Assembly: GCA_973851085.1 (NCBI GenBank)
Contig: OZ316776.1
Location: forward strand, 15,996,001-16,060,000
DNA from: Ptychomitrium polyphyllum
Taxonomy: Eukaryota
DNA length: 64,000 nt
Direction: 5' to 3'
Of the stretch, positions 1-10,421 are shown piece by piece. The notes beneath the pieces are model-generated. The model saw nothing but the letters and a program-made list of their open reading frames with translations, was not told the DNA's origin and did no database searches. A program made the position numbers and the translations under genes. How positions within the stretch are numbered: the first letter of the stretch is position 1; every line of letters begins with the position of its first letter.

Positions 1-435
1 AGGATACGGTCGAAATTGACCTTGACAGCAAGGAAAACGCCAATATGGCGTGCGATCTCTCAGGCATCACCGGGATACAGGTGGGTGTGTTCCTCTTCGA
101 CCCTGTAATGACCGTACATGTTGCTACCGCTAGAAATGGGAAAGAGATGACTCATGTATATTATCCCTCATTAGAGAGATGTGATCGACGTTCTTGGTAC
201 AAACGTTTAGTGGTATGATGTTATTTTTTAGGCGGTGCTTCCATAGTCAGAATTCGTCGAGGTATGGCGAAAGTAAAGCGTCCTTAGGAAGGAAAGCGCG
301 CGCTTCGAGTCCAGTAGGGAACGGGTTGTTCTGATTCCTGAACAGGACTAACTGGTCATTCAGCAGATGAAACCATTATGATGGTCGTAAAAAGGTATTC
401 GAATGCAGTAACTTATCTGTGAGAGATGGTCAAGT

Positions 436-1857
436 GTGACATCTGGATCGCAGGAACCAGATAACTCTCTGACTAAGCATACACATCTTTGCTGTTTGAA
501 GGACTATTATACACTGGGCACCAACAACGCTGCATCCATTGAGAGCGATGCGCTGGCAATGCTTGTGCCTGCATCATCGACTTCCAGCCAAGATGACCAG
601 TGGCAGGCTGGTTTTACAAACTGTTTAGTGTCGAATTTGAGGCTTTTGAATTCCAGTTCAGAGCAATTAGAGAAGAGGATTCAGGAGGTTACTCTTGAGT
701 TGAAGAATTCCAAAGAGCGTCCAGATTCCCTGTGTCAGTTACCTAGAGAGCAAACTTCTCTGAGCTCTTCTCCGACAGAATTGCAGCATTTTAATGAAGG
801 GCTCATCAAGCAGCTGCTTAGTGACCTGAAGGAGAAGATAGATCTATGTAAGAAGCAGACAGCTAACATTGCCGCAGGAATACAAAAGCTGAAAATCGAT
901 TCGGAGAAAAAGCTTCGTTGTAGTCAGGAGGAGATTACGGCGAGCGCTACGGAAGTGCAACGGCTCAAGACCAACATCGAAGAGAAGCAGAAAGGTGAAG
1001 AGGAAATGAAGACAGAGAGAAGCCAGCTGATGACCGAATTCCTGAAGCTGCAGGCGCAGCTTACCGTATTTGAGCAAAAAGCTGCACAAGAATCATTGAA
1101 TAGTGGCTCTTACTTAGACGACCATGCAAATCCGCGCATGCTGCAGGATTTTGCTTGCAAGAATGTGGATAGCGCAATTGAGGCCCTTGCAAAGTTGCTG
1201 CACAACAGCTCCATCACAAGGAGCTGTTCAAGTGACCCGGAAGGGGTCGATCGCTTCGTACGTAATATCAGCCCGGCAAGCCCAGCATGTTTTTCAAGAA
1301 CAATCCAATTGAAGTATATCTGGAGCTACTGGATATGCTTCTTCATGTTTCAGAGGTTTGAAGATGTCTTCTTTGATGTAGGTTATGGGCTAGTTACCTC
1401 GCCCTTGGACGCCAAGCGGCATATAGTGTCATGCTTTCAAAGCTTTCACAAGAAGAAAGACATGTCATCTTCGGCTTTACACGAAGAATGCAAGTCGTTT
1501 CGAGAATTTTGTCAGCATAAGTATGCTCTTGTGTTTCCCCAATTACTCATCCAAGAGGCGTTCCATTCAAACTGGGGACGGGAGATTGCTGATGAAGTAT
1601 CCAAATCCTTCTTGGAAGTTGCGAAAGCAGTTTGGCTGCTTCATCAACTGGCATTCTCATTTGATCCTCCTGCGACTATTTTAAGGATGTCCCCGGGCGA
1701 ACCGTTTGACAAACAATTCCACGAATCTGTGATTCACGATGAAGATAACGATGGGTCTTCAAAGGTGGTGCTGCTCATGATAAGGCCTGCATTTCGTGTC
1801 AGAAAAACCATCATCCGAAGCCGGGTGGTTTTGTCGATGAAGTCTCAAGTGACCTGA
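436..1857 (+). CDS. Coiled-coil protein with GIL1/IRKI (IRK-interacting)-type C-terminal domain; C-terminus resembles the GrpE beta-domain
   Basis: 473-codon ORF with a heptad-rich N-terminal half, then FLEVAKAVWLLHQLAFSFDPPATILRMSPGEPFDKQFHESV...VLLMIRPAFRVRKTIIRSRVVLS, typical of the plant GIL1/IRKI C-terminal domain. Start uncertain: the ORF opens on GTG, the first ATG is at 559, and a possible splice acceptor CGCAG| ends at 453, so this may be a last exon. Confidence 0.8.
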   Translation: MTSGSQEPDNSLTKHTHLCCLKDYYTLGTNNAASIESDALAMLVPASSTSSQDDQWQAGFTNCLVSNLRLLNSSSEQLEKRIQEVTLELKNSKERPDSLCQLPREQTSLSSSPTELQHFNEGLIKQLLSDLKEKIDLCKKQTANIAAGIQKLKIDSEKKLRCSQEEITASATEVQRLKTNIEEKQKGEEEMKTERSQLMTEFLKLQAQLTVFEQKAAQESLNSGSYLDDHANPRMLQDFACKNVDSAIEALAKLLHNSSITRSCSSDPEGVDRFVRNISPASPACFSRTIQLKYIWSYWICFFMFQRFEDVFFDVGYGLVTSPLDAKRHIVSCFQSFHKKKDMSSSALHEECKSFREFCQHKYALVFPQLLIQEAFHSNWGREIADEVSKSFLEVAKAVWLLHQLAFSFDPPATILRMSPGEPFDKQFHESVIHDEDNDGSSKVVLLMIRPAFRVRKTIIRSRVVLSMKSQVT

Positions 1858-3469
1858 TATGGTGATACTCGCACTTACAAAGTGCCTGAGAGCAACAGTG
1901 TCCTCGGAGCAGAGTAAGATGCAGCTCTTGTAGGCAGGCTTCCTTGGGGTCTTCACCTGTCCAAATTCTGCCATATAGTACTCTTGCAACGAGCTTGTAA
2001 TTGTGGTGCATCGTAAACGTGAAAGAAAATTCCGGTTGTGCGTTGGGAAGCGTGGAGTAATCAGCAAGTTTTTGAATTACCTTACTTATAGCTACTAAAT
2101 ACTCTAGCTTGCCACTTTCTTTTTGAGTATTGTTAGACAGATAATTTACATCCTGAGAGACAAACAATCAGTACTCTGTAGCATTCGGTGGGTTATATTA
2201 TACGCCACACTGCCGTAATCTCGAAGTTATGAGATGGGCCAGATTACATTTTGACCAGGAATTTTCTATGCGTCATCATATATTATAGCAACAATTTGTA
2301 TGAAAGTGTGGCAAATTCTCTTACCGACTCACTCATCCTTCAGCCATTCTGGTTTTATTCCATTTTGTTTGTGTGGGAACGTCGTAAAGTGAAACCCATC
2401 TATTCAGGAGGAGGTCCGCACAAGTCCCAACATCACAGTTTTCTTTTGATTCTATGAGTGTAAAACTGAACGGGAGAGCTGTTCAGGATGGAAGGTTCGT
2501 TGCGCGTTGCTAGTATTATCAGTTCTGTAATTATGTTTACATTGCTCTTGTGCGTGGAGTAGTGGACTTGCAAGTCAACAGGTATAACATCAACGCAACT
2601 TTTCTTCTGGTGTGTGCTTTGTTGACGTTAAGGTTTTCTTCAAAATAGCAATCGAATACATACAATAGAAGGCCGAACTGAATGAACATTGAATGCTTGT
2701 AAAGATGTTGAAAAGAATCTGATGGATGTCATTCGAAGCTACATTTTGCGATGAAATGGCAGGTCAAATTAGTACTTCAGTCATGAACAGAGGTTATGGT
2801 AAGATTGGCTGCGGCAATGTATGTAACATATGACTGTTCTGGGTTGCTGCAGCGAGAGCAATGTCACTGTTTTTTCGAAGGAACTCTGAAATTTGATATT
2901 CGACTCTGCCGAAAATCGTTCACTGTGCTAAAAACTCTTAAATGTAAACAATCTCATCGTGCTAAAACGAAAACAAGACTGAATTTCCATCAACTGGCGC
3001 TGAACTGCTGGTCTGGCAACGTCGTTTACACATCTACTCACGATTTAATGAAACTGAAGAGCCGCCATTTCAACGACTGCCATCACATCAGAGAAGTGAA
3101 GTACGTGCTACCTCTGAATTGGGCTCTGCATTATCCTGGAGGGTTCTATATGTTGATAAAGCAAGCCACTTATCACGTGCGGACTCTGTTCATGGACGGC
3201 GTTTCTCTACGTCAGTACTGAGAGTCCTATGTATGCACATCTGGAGTGCACCTCATGCATCATCATTGTAACCTCCGAAGCTACAGAATATGTTCAACTG
3301 AGCGCCGTGAGTATATTTTCACACGATCGGTTTTGTGAGGTGAGAATTCGACAACAAGTATTCGTCTAGCGTGTTTGAGTGATCGTGCTTGAGTGTAGCT
3401 ACTGCTAGTCTTCCGGAGTAACAGCTAGATAGGCTGAGCTCTTAGAAATTGTAAGCACTGAAGCTATTC

Positions 3470-5383
3470 ATGTCAACAATGGCGATTCTGGGGATGGTGC
3501 AGGAAGCCAAAGTGGTGGTGGGGCTCGACTTTGGGACAACGTTCTCTGGATTTGCTTACGCTCTCAGAGCACAGCCAGAGAATGTTTACACATTCTACGA
3601 CTGGCCGATGCAAGCCCAAGGTGGCGGGCTGCCGTATTGCAAGACACAAACCAGCTTGTTGTACTATGCTGATTCCAGCAATGCATCCGAAGACTCCTTC
3701 GAGCTTTGCGCTTGGGGGTGGCCGGCTTATGTTGAGTATAAATTCTCAAATAGCCCTGCTTCGAAATCCGGTAATTGTACCGCTTCTGATTTCGACTTCG
3801 AGGTAGTGCACGACTTCGACGACCTTCCCTCAGTTCCTGGAGCTGGCCAGAAGGCTTCAGAATCTAAGGCTGGCCAAGCTAGAGCCTCTGATGTCGGACA
3901 CGCCTTCCTTACGCTCTTTAAGCTGCATCTCTCCTCTGACGGCTCTTTGAGAGCCGATAGTTTGACGTCAGCTCCGGATTTGCCTCCGGGTATGCTTGCG
4001 AAGCGGGCGGTGTCGGACTACCTCTCAGAAATCTCGAAGACTATCCTTCAAGAGGTGAAGAACAGCTTCGGCCCTCACGTTACCCTCGAGGATATCCAAT
4101 GGTGCGTAACTGTGCCTGCCATCTGGGACGACCAATCCAAGCGGGAATTCAGGGATTGTACCGAAATCGCAGGCCTCGTGCAGGGACCCTTGAGTAAGGG
4201 CGCCGGCAGTCCCCATTCCCTCAACCTCTTCACAGAGCCGGAAGCAGCCTCCATATACTGCCAGCAGAGGCTTCCAGATCAGCCATGGAGCAAGGGGGAC
4301 AAGTTCTTGGTGGTGGATTGCGGAGGCGGGACGGTGGACCTCGTCCTTCACGAGAAGCTAGGAGCACCCCCGACCCTGTCCATGAGGGAGGTCCAGGCGA
4401 GCAGTGGAGATTACTGCGGCGGATCCGGAGTGGATGACGAGTTTTTTCGCTTCATGCGAAGCAAAGTTCATTGTTTCCAGAGATTCGAGAGAGAGTATCC
4501 AACAGTTGCGCTTGATTTTCATAAAACCTGGGAGTTGATGAAGTATGGTTTCAATGGTGATAATGGAAATTCGCAGATCGAGTTGCCCCCGAAGCTCGCA
4601 GATCTGTGGCAGAACGAGCAAATGATCTCATCCACGGCATTACCATCGACCATCGATAATTACTACGACGAGCTTGCAATCACGAACGACGATATGAAGT
4701 CTATCTTTGATCCAGTTGTTACCAGGATTTTGCAACTGGTCGAAGAGAGGATGGTGCGAGACTTGCATGCCATCTTGGTCGTCGGAGGGTTCTCCGCATC
4801 GCCATACCTCATGAGGCGCATCAGAGAATCTTTCGAAAGCAGGGTTGCTTCAATCGTGTGTCCATCAAATCCAGGCGGTGCCGTTTGCTACGGAGCCGTG
4901 ACCATGGGCATCCAGTCTGGAATTGTCGTATCAAGGATCTCGAAGAAAACCTACGGGTTTAGACAGGCGAAGCCTTTCATCGCCGGCGTGCACAGCGAGG
5001 ACTTCAAGGTGGAAAGTGGTTCGGGCCAGTTTTTCTGCGACAACGTGTTCGGCAAATATGTCAAGAAAGGAGACGAGGTTCGATATGAGGCGTATGTGCG
5101 GCACATTTACACTCCAGTATCCAAAACACAAGGCAGCCTAAAGATTGATCTGTATTCCTCGGATTGCGAGAGTGTCCAGTACGTGACGGACTTTGGCTCC
5201 AAGAGAGAAGGCACATTCATGGTGAAAATTCCGACATTCGAGGAACTGGGATTTAAGCCGAGGGTGGAGATCACCATGTACTTTGGCCACGCCGAGATTC
5301 AAGTGTCTGCTTCCGGGAAGAACTTCGACAGTGACAAGAGGGATATGCTTCCCGTCAAGTTCGAGAGAGATGGAATATACTGA
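3470..5383 (+). CDS. Atypical Hsp70 (HSPA12-like actin-fold ATPase), copy 1, intronless, 637 aa
   Basis: Motifs VVGLDFGTTFSGFAY, WCVTVPAIW, EPEAASIYC, LVVDCGGGTVDL, ILVVGGFSASPYL, SRISKKTYG. No EEVD tail or canonical helical lid. Confidence 0.92.
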   Translation: MSTMAILGMVQEAKVVVGLDFGTTFSGFAYALRAQPENVYTFYDWPMQAQGGGLPYCKTQTSLLYYADSSNASEDSFELCAWGWPAYVEYKFSNSPASKSGNCTASDFDFEVVHDFDDLPSVPGAGQKASESKAGQARASDVGHAFLTLFKLHLSSDGSLRADSLTSAPDLPPGMLAKRAVSDYLSEISKTILQEVKNSFGPHVTLEDIQWCVTVPAIWDDQSKREFRDCTEIAGLVQGPLSKGAGSPHSLNLFTEPEAASIYCQQRLPDQPWSKGDKFLVVDCGGGTVDLVLHEKLGAPPTLSMREVQASSGDYCGGSGVDDEFFRFMRSKVHCFQRFEREYPTVALDFHKTWELMKYGFNGDNGNSQIELPPKLADLWQNEQMISSTALPSTIDNYYDELAITNDDMKSIFDPVVTRILQLVEERMVRDLHAILVVGGFSASPYLMRRIRESFESRVASIVCPSNPGGAVCYGAVTMGIQSGIVVSRISKKTYGFRQAKPFIAGVHSEDFKVESGSGQFFCDNVFGKYVKKGDEVRYEAYVRHIYTPVSKTQGSLKIDLYSSDCESVQYVTDFGSKREGTFMVKIPTFEELGFKPRVEITMYFGHAEIQVSASGKNFDSDKRDMLPVKFERDGIY

Positions 5384-5427
5384 GAACGGATGAAATTACC
5401 ATCACGTGATGTGCATGTCGTTAGCGC

Positions 5428-6658
5428 CTCCCTGGCAAACGTGTCAGACGTGCTTTCTGTGGTGTATAGCCCGAGGTTGAGGGCGTCATGCCGAGGGATT
5501 TCTACTGAGTGATTTTGTGGTATAAAGAGCTTGAAGTAGATCGTACTATGGCTCGGAGTCGAATAGCTTCATGCTCCGGTCTAAATAGTCGATTGAGCAG
5601 AGCGCCACAAGCGCTCTCCTGTTGGTTATTGTTCTGTGGTCACATCTTTTCCAACGTTTTGTACGCTCAGGTCTCGAATGCCGTAAAGACTCTTTTCTAC
5701 TTGCCTTGTAACCTGTGCACGTATTCAGTTTCGATGCCGAGTTTCTGGTCATGCATCTCCGCTTGTTAGGGCCTGCTTCCACCAGACTTGATTCTGGGAG
5801 TGATGTCTTCAATCAACCACTTAGCAAGAGTGTCCATGTGTCTTCCCGCGCATTGGACCTCAACCGTCATCTGTTTACCATCAGCAGAATGTCGTCAGCA
5901 CCATTTGAGCGGCCATGCTATCAGTTTGTATCGACGTCGGCAATTCGTCACACCGAAATACCACAACGTATGCTGTGCTCGTATTGCTGTCCGGTTCTCG
6001 GGTGCCAGAGTTGTTCCAGCTACGCGTCGCACAGGGCGATGCGTAGCTGCCGCAAGGAGAACGCCGTGATCACCCATTCTGGTTGTTTCCGGGACCTGGA
6101 CTGGGAACTGATCGCCGCGCGAGCGCAATCACGACAATCACATGCTGTTTCGTTCCGGCCCTAGTTCCAGCGGACGAACTGGCTCTCGTGCCCCACGCAG
6201 AAATCCACCGAAACATACCATGTACACGAACACGAAATTCAAGAACGATTGCTAATTGAAACCATGTGCAAAACCAAGTGGACCGCCGCCAGTATGCTGT
6301 GTGATTACCACCGTCCGCTTTCCGGAACAGAGACGTGAACCACCGTCGATTACTCCAGCGCGTAATGCTCAGTTGTATGATAATACTGGCAACCGAAATT
6401 CCCTGCTTAAGACGTTTGGCGGCGAGGTAATTAAATTCGTTCTCGTCAATTTGGCCCTCGGCAGTGACGATGGCGGCATATCAGGCCAGAAAAATTGGTA
6501 ACATATGGAGATCGTGATAGTGAAAGCATATACAATGCACTGATCCGACTGATAGACTGAAATCCAACTGCCACCAGTCATGACCCTGGATTCTAGTGCA
6601 TGCAGAATAGTGTTACTTCTAACAGGTCATCCCACCGTGGGTTGTGACTTAGAGCGCC
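5428..6658 (+). repeat. Duplicated 3' flank, copy 1
   Basis: About 5510-6376 is near-identical to about 9418-10284 (offset 3908). Weaker similarity extends on both sides, and this copy has an extra segment of about 165 bp near 6408-6570. Confidence 0.95.
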
Positions 6659-7249
6659 CCAAAAGTTAATTGCTGTGCACGAAATCGCGAACGAGAGTTA
6701 CTGGCCGGTCCAAGAATCGACGGCTAACCGCATGCAACGATGATCTTTCAGAGCCTCAAAACGACGATATTCAATGCTTTGGCGACTGGACTTCTAACAT
6801 GCGTGCGTTGCAAGCTTCACACATGTTCAGCGCAACTGATCGTGCGAGCCGTCACTGCAACTGCAAATTGAGTCAGGTGATTAGCGCAGAATAGTGACTG
6901 ATCGAATCATGAATACTTTCTTACTATCCTGACTGAACCCTGTATCCGTCTTCAAGAGCACAAACCCACAGCGGCGTCAAATGCGGTGAGCGGCGTGCGC
7001 TTGCCGTATTTAAGCCCATAACAGGTGCACTCCGTTGTCGACTGAGGTACATCTGATTCATCTTCGAGATATCCAGATGGTCTAAGCGAAGGAGTGTGAA
7101 AGTGGTCCCCTGGCAGAGAGTTCTGGATTCAGTCGTCTTGTTGAAGTTCCGTCAGCGATAGAGCTATCGCATTCTGTGGACTTTGAATCCAAGCATCGAA
7201 GGGTCGCCGTGCCTTGGGACGATCTAGGACTTGACGGTCACCGTCAACA

Positions 7250-9157
7250 ATGGAGAGTCTGGGGATGGTGCAGGAAGCCAAAGTGGTGGTGGGGCTCGAC
7301 TTTGGGACGACGTTCTCCGGATTTGCTTACGCTCTCCGAGCAGAGCCAGAGAACGTTTACACATTCTACGACTGGCCGATGCAAGCCGAAGGTGGAGGGC
7401 TACCGTATTGCAAGACGCAAACCAGCCTCTTGTATGCTTCAAGGAGCAATGATGCCGACGACCTTTACGAGCTTCGCGCTTGGGGATGGCCGGCCCAGGT
7501 GGACTACTGCAAGCCCGTGAACTCCCCCGTCGCGCCAGATTTTGTTCCAAGAGCTTCAACTTCCGATTCTTCAGTGACTCCAAATCAAGACGTGCGTTCT
7601 TTGTCTGGAGGCTTGAGAAATCATCCCGCCGCTGGACCTGGTGCGTCACAATCTTCCGGTGCTGGACGATTTCTGACGCTTTTCAAGCTGCATCTGGCTA
7701 CGAAGGATTCATCCATAGGTGACTCCCATTCCGAAGCGTCAGCGCCGGCTTTACCACTGGGAATGACGGCACGGAGGCCAATCACAGACTTTCTCTCCCA
7801 GTTATCGAAGTTCATTCTTCAGGAGGTGCGGAACAAGTTTGGGGCTCACATCTCCCAAGACGATTTCCAGTGGTGCTTAACAGTGCCCGCCATCTGGAGT
7901 GAGCGAGCCAAACGAGAAATGAAGGTTTGTGCTGAAATTGCAGGACTCGTGCAGGGAGCTCGAAATAAGGGGGCTGGCAGCCCGCACCCTGTGAAGCTCT
8001 TCATAGAGCCTGAGGCAGCTTCAGTATACTGCCAGCAGAAGCTCAAGGATCATCAATGGAGCAAGGGCGATAAATTTCTGGTGGTGGACTGCGGAGGCGG
8101 GACTGTGGACCTCGTTCTTCATGAGAAGTTGGGAGGTGCGTCGACCCTGTCCGTGAGGGAGGTGCAAGAGAGCTCTGGAGATTTGTGCGGTGGTTCAATG
8201 GTGGACAAGGAGTTCTTCGTCTTCCTGCGGCGGAAAATTCGTTGCTACAAGAGGTTTGAGAGTGAGTGCCCTGCCATAGTGTTGGCTTTCCGTCAAGAGT
8301 GGGAGAAGATCAAGTACGACTTTGACGGTGCTGTCCCTCGAGCTGGCTTGGCCCTCGAGCTGCCTCCGAAGCTTGCGACGTTGTGGGAGGAGGATGAAGC
8401 TATGGGAGGGTCGGCATCGATAAGCAGTTCCGAGTCTTACGACGAGTTGGTACTCACAAACCAGGACATGAGGTCCATTTTCGATCCCGTTGTGAACAGA
8501 ATCCTCAAACTAATCGAAAAGAGGATGGACTTTGGCCTCCAAGCCATCGTGGTCGTCGGGGGATTCTCGGCGTCCCCATACCTGATGAGCCGCATCAGAG
8601 AATTATTTAGACACAGGGTTGCTGCCATTCTCAGTCCACCATATCCAGGAAGGGCTGTGTGCTGTGGAGCAGTGACCATGGGAATTCGCTCGGAGACTGT
8701 CGTTTCTAGGATTGCGAAGAAAACATACGGTGTGGACGTAGCGAATCGTTTTCAAGAGGGAATACATCCTGAGAAATGGAAGTTCTGGGACGATGACGGG
8801 ATAGCGTACTGCGACAATATCTTTTGTGTATTTGTGAGGAAAGGAGATGAGGTCCGCTTTGATGCTTCTGTCCAACACAGTTTCATCCCTCTGTCAAGGA
8901 GCGCTGTATCAATGACGATTGTACTGTACGTCTCGGAGAGACAAGATCCGAGATACGTTACAGAGTTTGATTCCAAGAAAGATGGGGAATTTACAATCAA
9001 CTTTCCAAGTTATCGAGAACTTGAATTCTGGCCACACATCGAGATTTCCATGTTCTTCGGCCGTTCAGAGATTCAAGTCTCTGCCAGCGGCAAGAACTTC
9101 AAATGCGAGCAGAAGGAGATGCTTTCGGTCAAATTTGAAAGGGACTCCATCTACTGA
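7250..9157 (+). CDS. Atypical Hsp70 (HSPA12-like), copy 2, intronless, 635 aa
   Basis: Same motif set as copy 1 (GLDFGTTFSG, WCLTVPAIW, EPEAASVYC, VDCGGGTVD, VGGFSASPYL); colinear paralogue ending VKFERDSIY. Confidence 0.92.
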   Translation: MESLGMVQEAKVVVGLDFGTTFSGFAYALRAEPENVYTFYDWPMQAEGGGLPYCKTQTSLLYASRSNDADDLYELRAWGWPAQVDYCKPVNSPVAPDFVPRASTSDSSVTPNQDVRSLSGGLRNHPAAGPGASQSSGAGRFLTLFKLHLATKDSSIGDSHSEASAPALPLGMTARRPITDFLSQLSKFILQEVRNKFGAHISQDDFQWCLTVPAIWSERAKREMKVCAEIAGLVQGARNKGAGSPHPVKLFIEPEAASVYCQQKLKDHQWSKGDKFLVVDCGGGTVDLVLHEKLGGASTLSVREVQESSGDLCGGSMVDKEFFVFLRRKIRCYKRFESECPAIVLAFRQEWEKIKYDFDGAVPRAGLALELPPKLATLWEEDEAMGGSASISSSESYDELVLTNQDMRSIFDPVVNRILKLIEKRMDFGLQAIVVVGGFSASPYLMSRIRELFRHRVAAILSPPYPGRAVCCGAVTMGIRSETVVSRIAKKTYGVDVANRFQEGIHPEKWKFWDDDGIAYCDNIFCVFVRKGDEVRFDASVQHSFIPLSRSAVSMTIVLYVSERQDPRYVTEFDSKKDGEFTINFPSYRELEFWPHIEISMFFGRSEIQVSASGKNFKCEQKEMLSVKFERDSIY

Positions 9158-9335
9158 TTGGAAATGCTGAGGCTTGTGCGGAGATCGCAAGCGAAGCTGG
9201 CTGAACAAGTTGGACACCAGACACATGGCCTGGACCATCTCAGACTAACCTTTTGATCTCGCCGGCAACTGCATAACCTCCTGTTTGGTTCTGCTTGTAT
9301 ATACTACGTTTGCTTCAAGGTTCTGAGCCTCGGAG

Positions 9336-10421
9336 CTCCCTGGCAAATGTTTCGGCCGTGCTTTTTGTGGTACACAGCTCGAGGTCGAGGACGTCATGCC
9401 GAGAGAGTTCTACTGAGCCATTTTGTGGTATAAAGAGCTTGAAGTAGATCGTATCATGGCTCGGAGTCAAATAGCTTCACGCTCCGGCCTAAATAGTCGA
9501 TTGAGCAGAGCGCCACAAGCGCTCTCCTGTTGGTTATTGTTCTGTGGTCACATCTTTTCCAACGTTTTGTACGCTCAAGTCTCGAATGCCGTAAAGACTC
9601 TTTTCTACTTGTCTTGTAACCTGTGCACGTATTCAGTTTCGATGCCGAGTGCACGGTCATGGATCTCCGCTTGTTAGGGCCTGCTTCCACCAGACTTGAT
9701 TCTGGGAGTGATGTCTTCAATCAACCACTTAGCAAGAGTGTCCATGTGTCTTCCCGCGCATTGGACCTCAACCGTCATCTGTTTACCATCAGCAGAATGT
9801 CTTCAGCACCATTTGAGCGGCCATGCTATCAGTTTGTATCGACGTCGGCAATTCGTCACACCAAAATACCACAACGTATGCTGTGCTCGTATTGCTGTCC
9901 GGTTCTCGGGTGCCAGAGTTGTTCCAGCTACGCGTCGCACAGGGCGATGCGTAGCTGCCGCAAGGAGAACGCCGTGATCACCCATTCTGGTTGTTTCCGG
10001 GACCTGGACTGGGAACTGATCGCCGCGCGAGCGCAATCACGACAATCACATGCTGTTTCGTTCCGGCCCTAGTTCCAGCGGACGAACTGGCTCTCGTGCC
10101 CCACGCAGAAATCCACCGAAACATACCATGTACACGAACACGAAATTCAAGAACGATTGCTAATTGAAACCATGTGCAAAACCAAGTGGACCGCCGCCAG
10201 TATGCTGTGTGATTACCACCGTCCGCTTTCCGGAACAGAGACGTGAACCACCGTCGTTTACTCCAGCGCGTAATGCTCAGTTGTAACGTAATATAAGCAA
10301 CGCGGATTATTCTGCTCACTAGTCCTGACCCTGTCTACTAGTGCATGCAAGAAAGTGGTACTTCTGACAGGTTACTTCAGTCCACCGTGGGTCTCTCAAG
10401 CAAGTTGTAACTCAGAGCGCC
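9336..10421 (+). repeat. Duplicated 3' flank, copy 2
   Basis: Direct repeat of 5428-6658; the same short ORFs recur (e.g. 5715/9623, 5895/9803). Confidence 0.95.

Noticed and set aside
2796..3221. 141-aa ATG-initiated ORF upstream of Hsp70 copy 1
   Set aside because: No motif and no counterpart before copy 2; probably a chance ORF in the promoter region.
5715..6164. 149-aa ORF conserved in both duplicated flanks (also 9623-10072)
   Set aside because: Conservation follows from near-identical DNA; non-ATG start and no recognisable domain.
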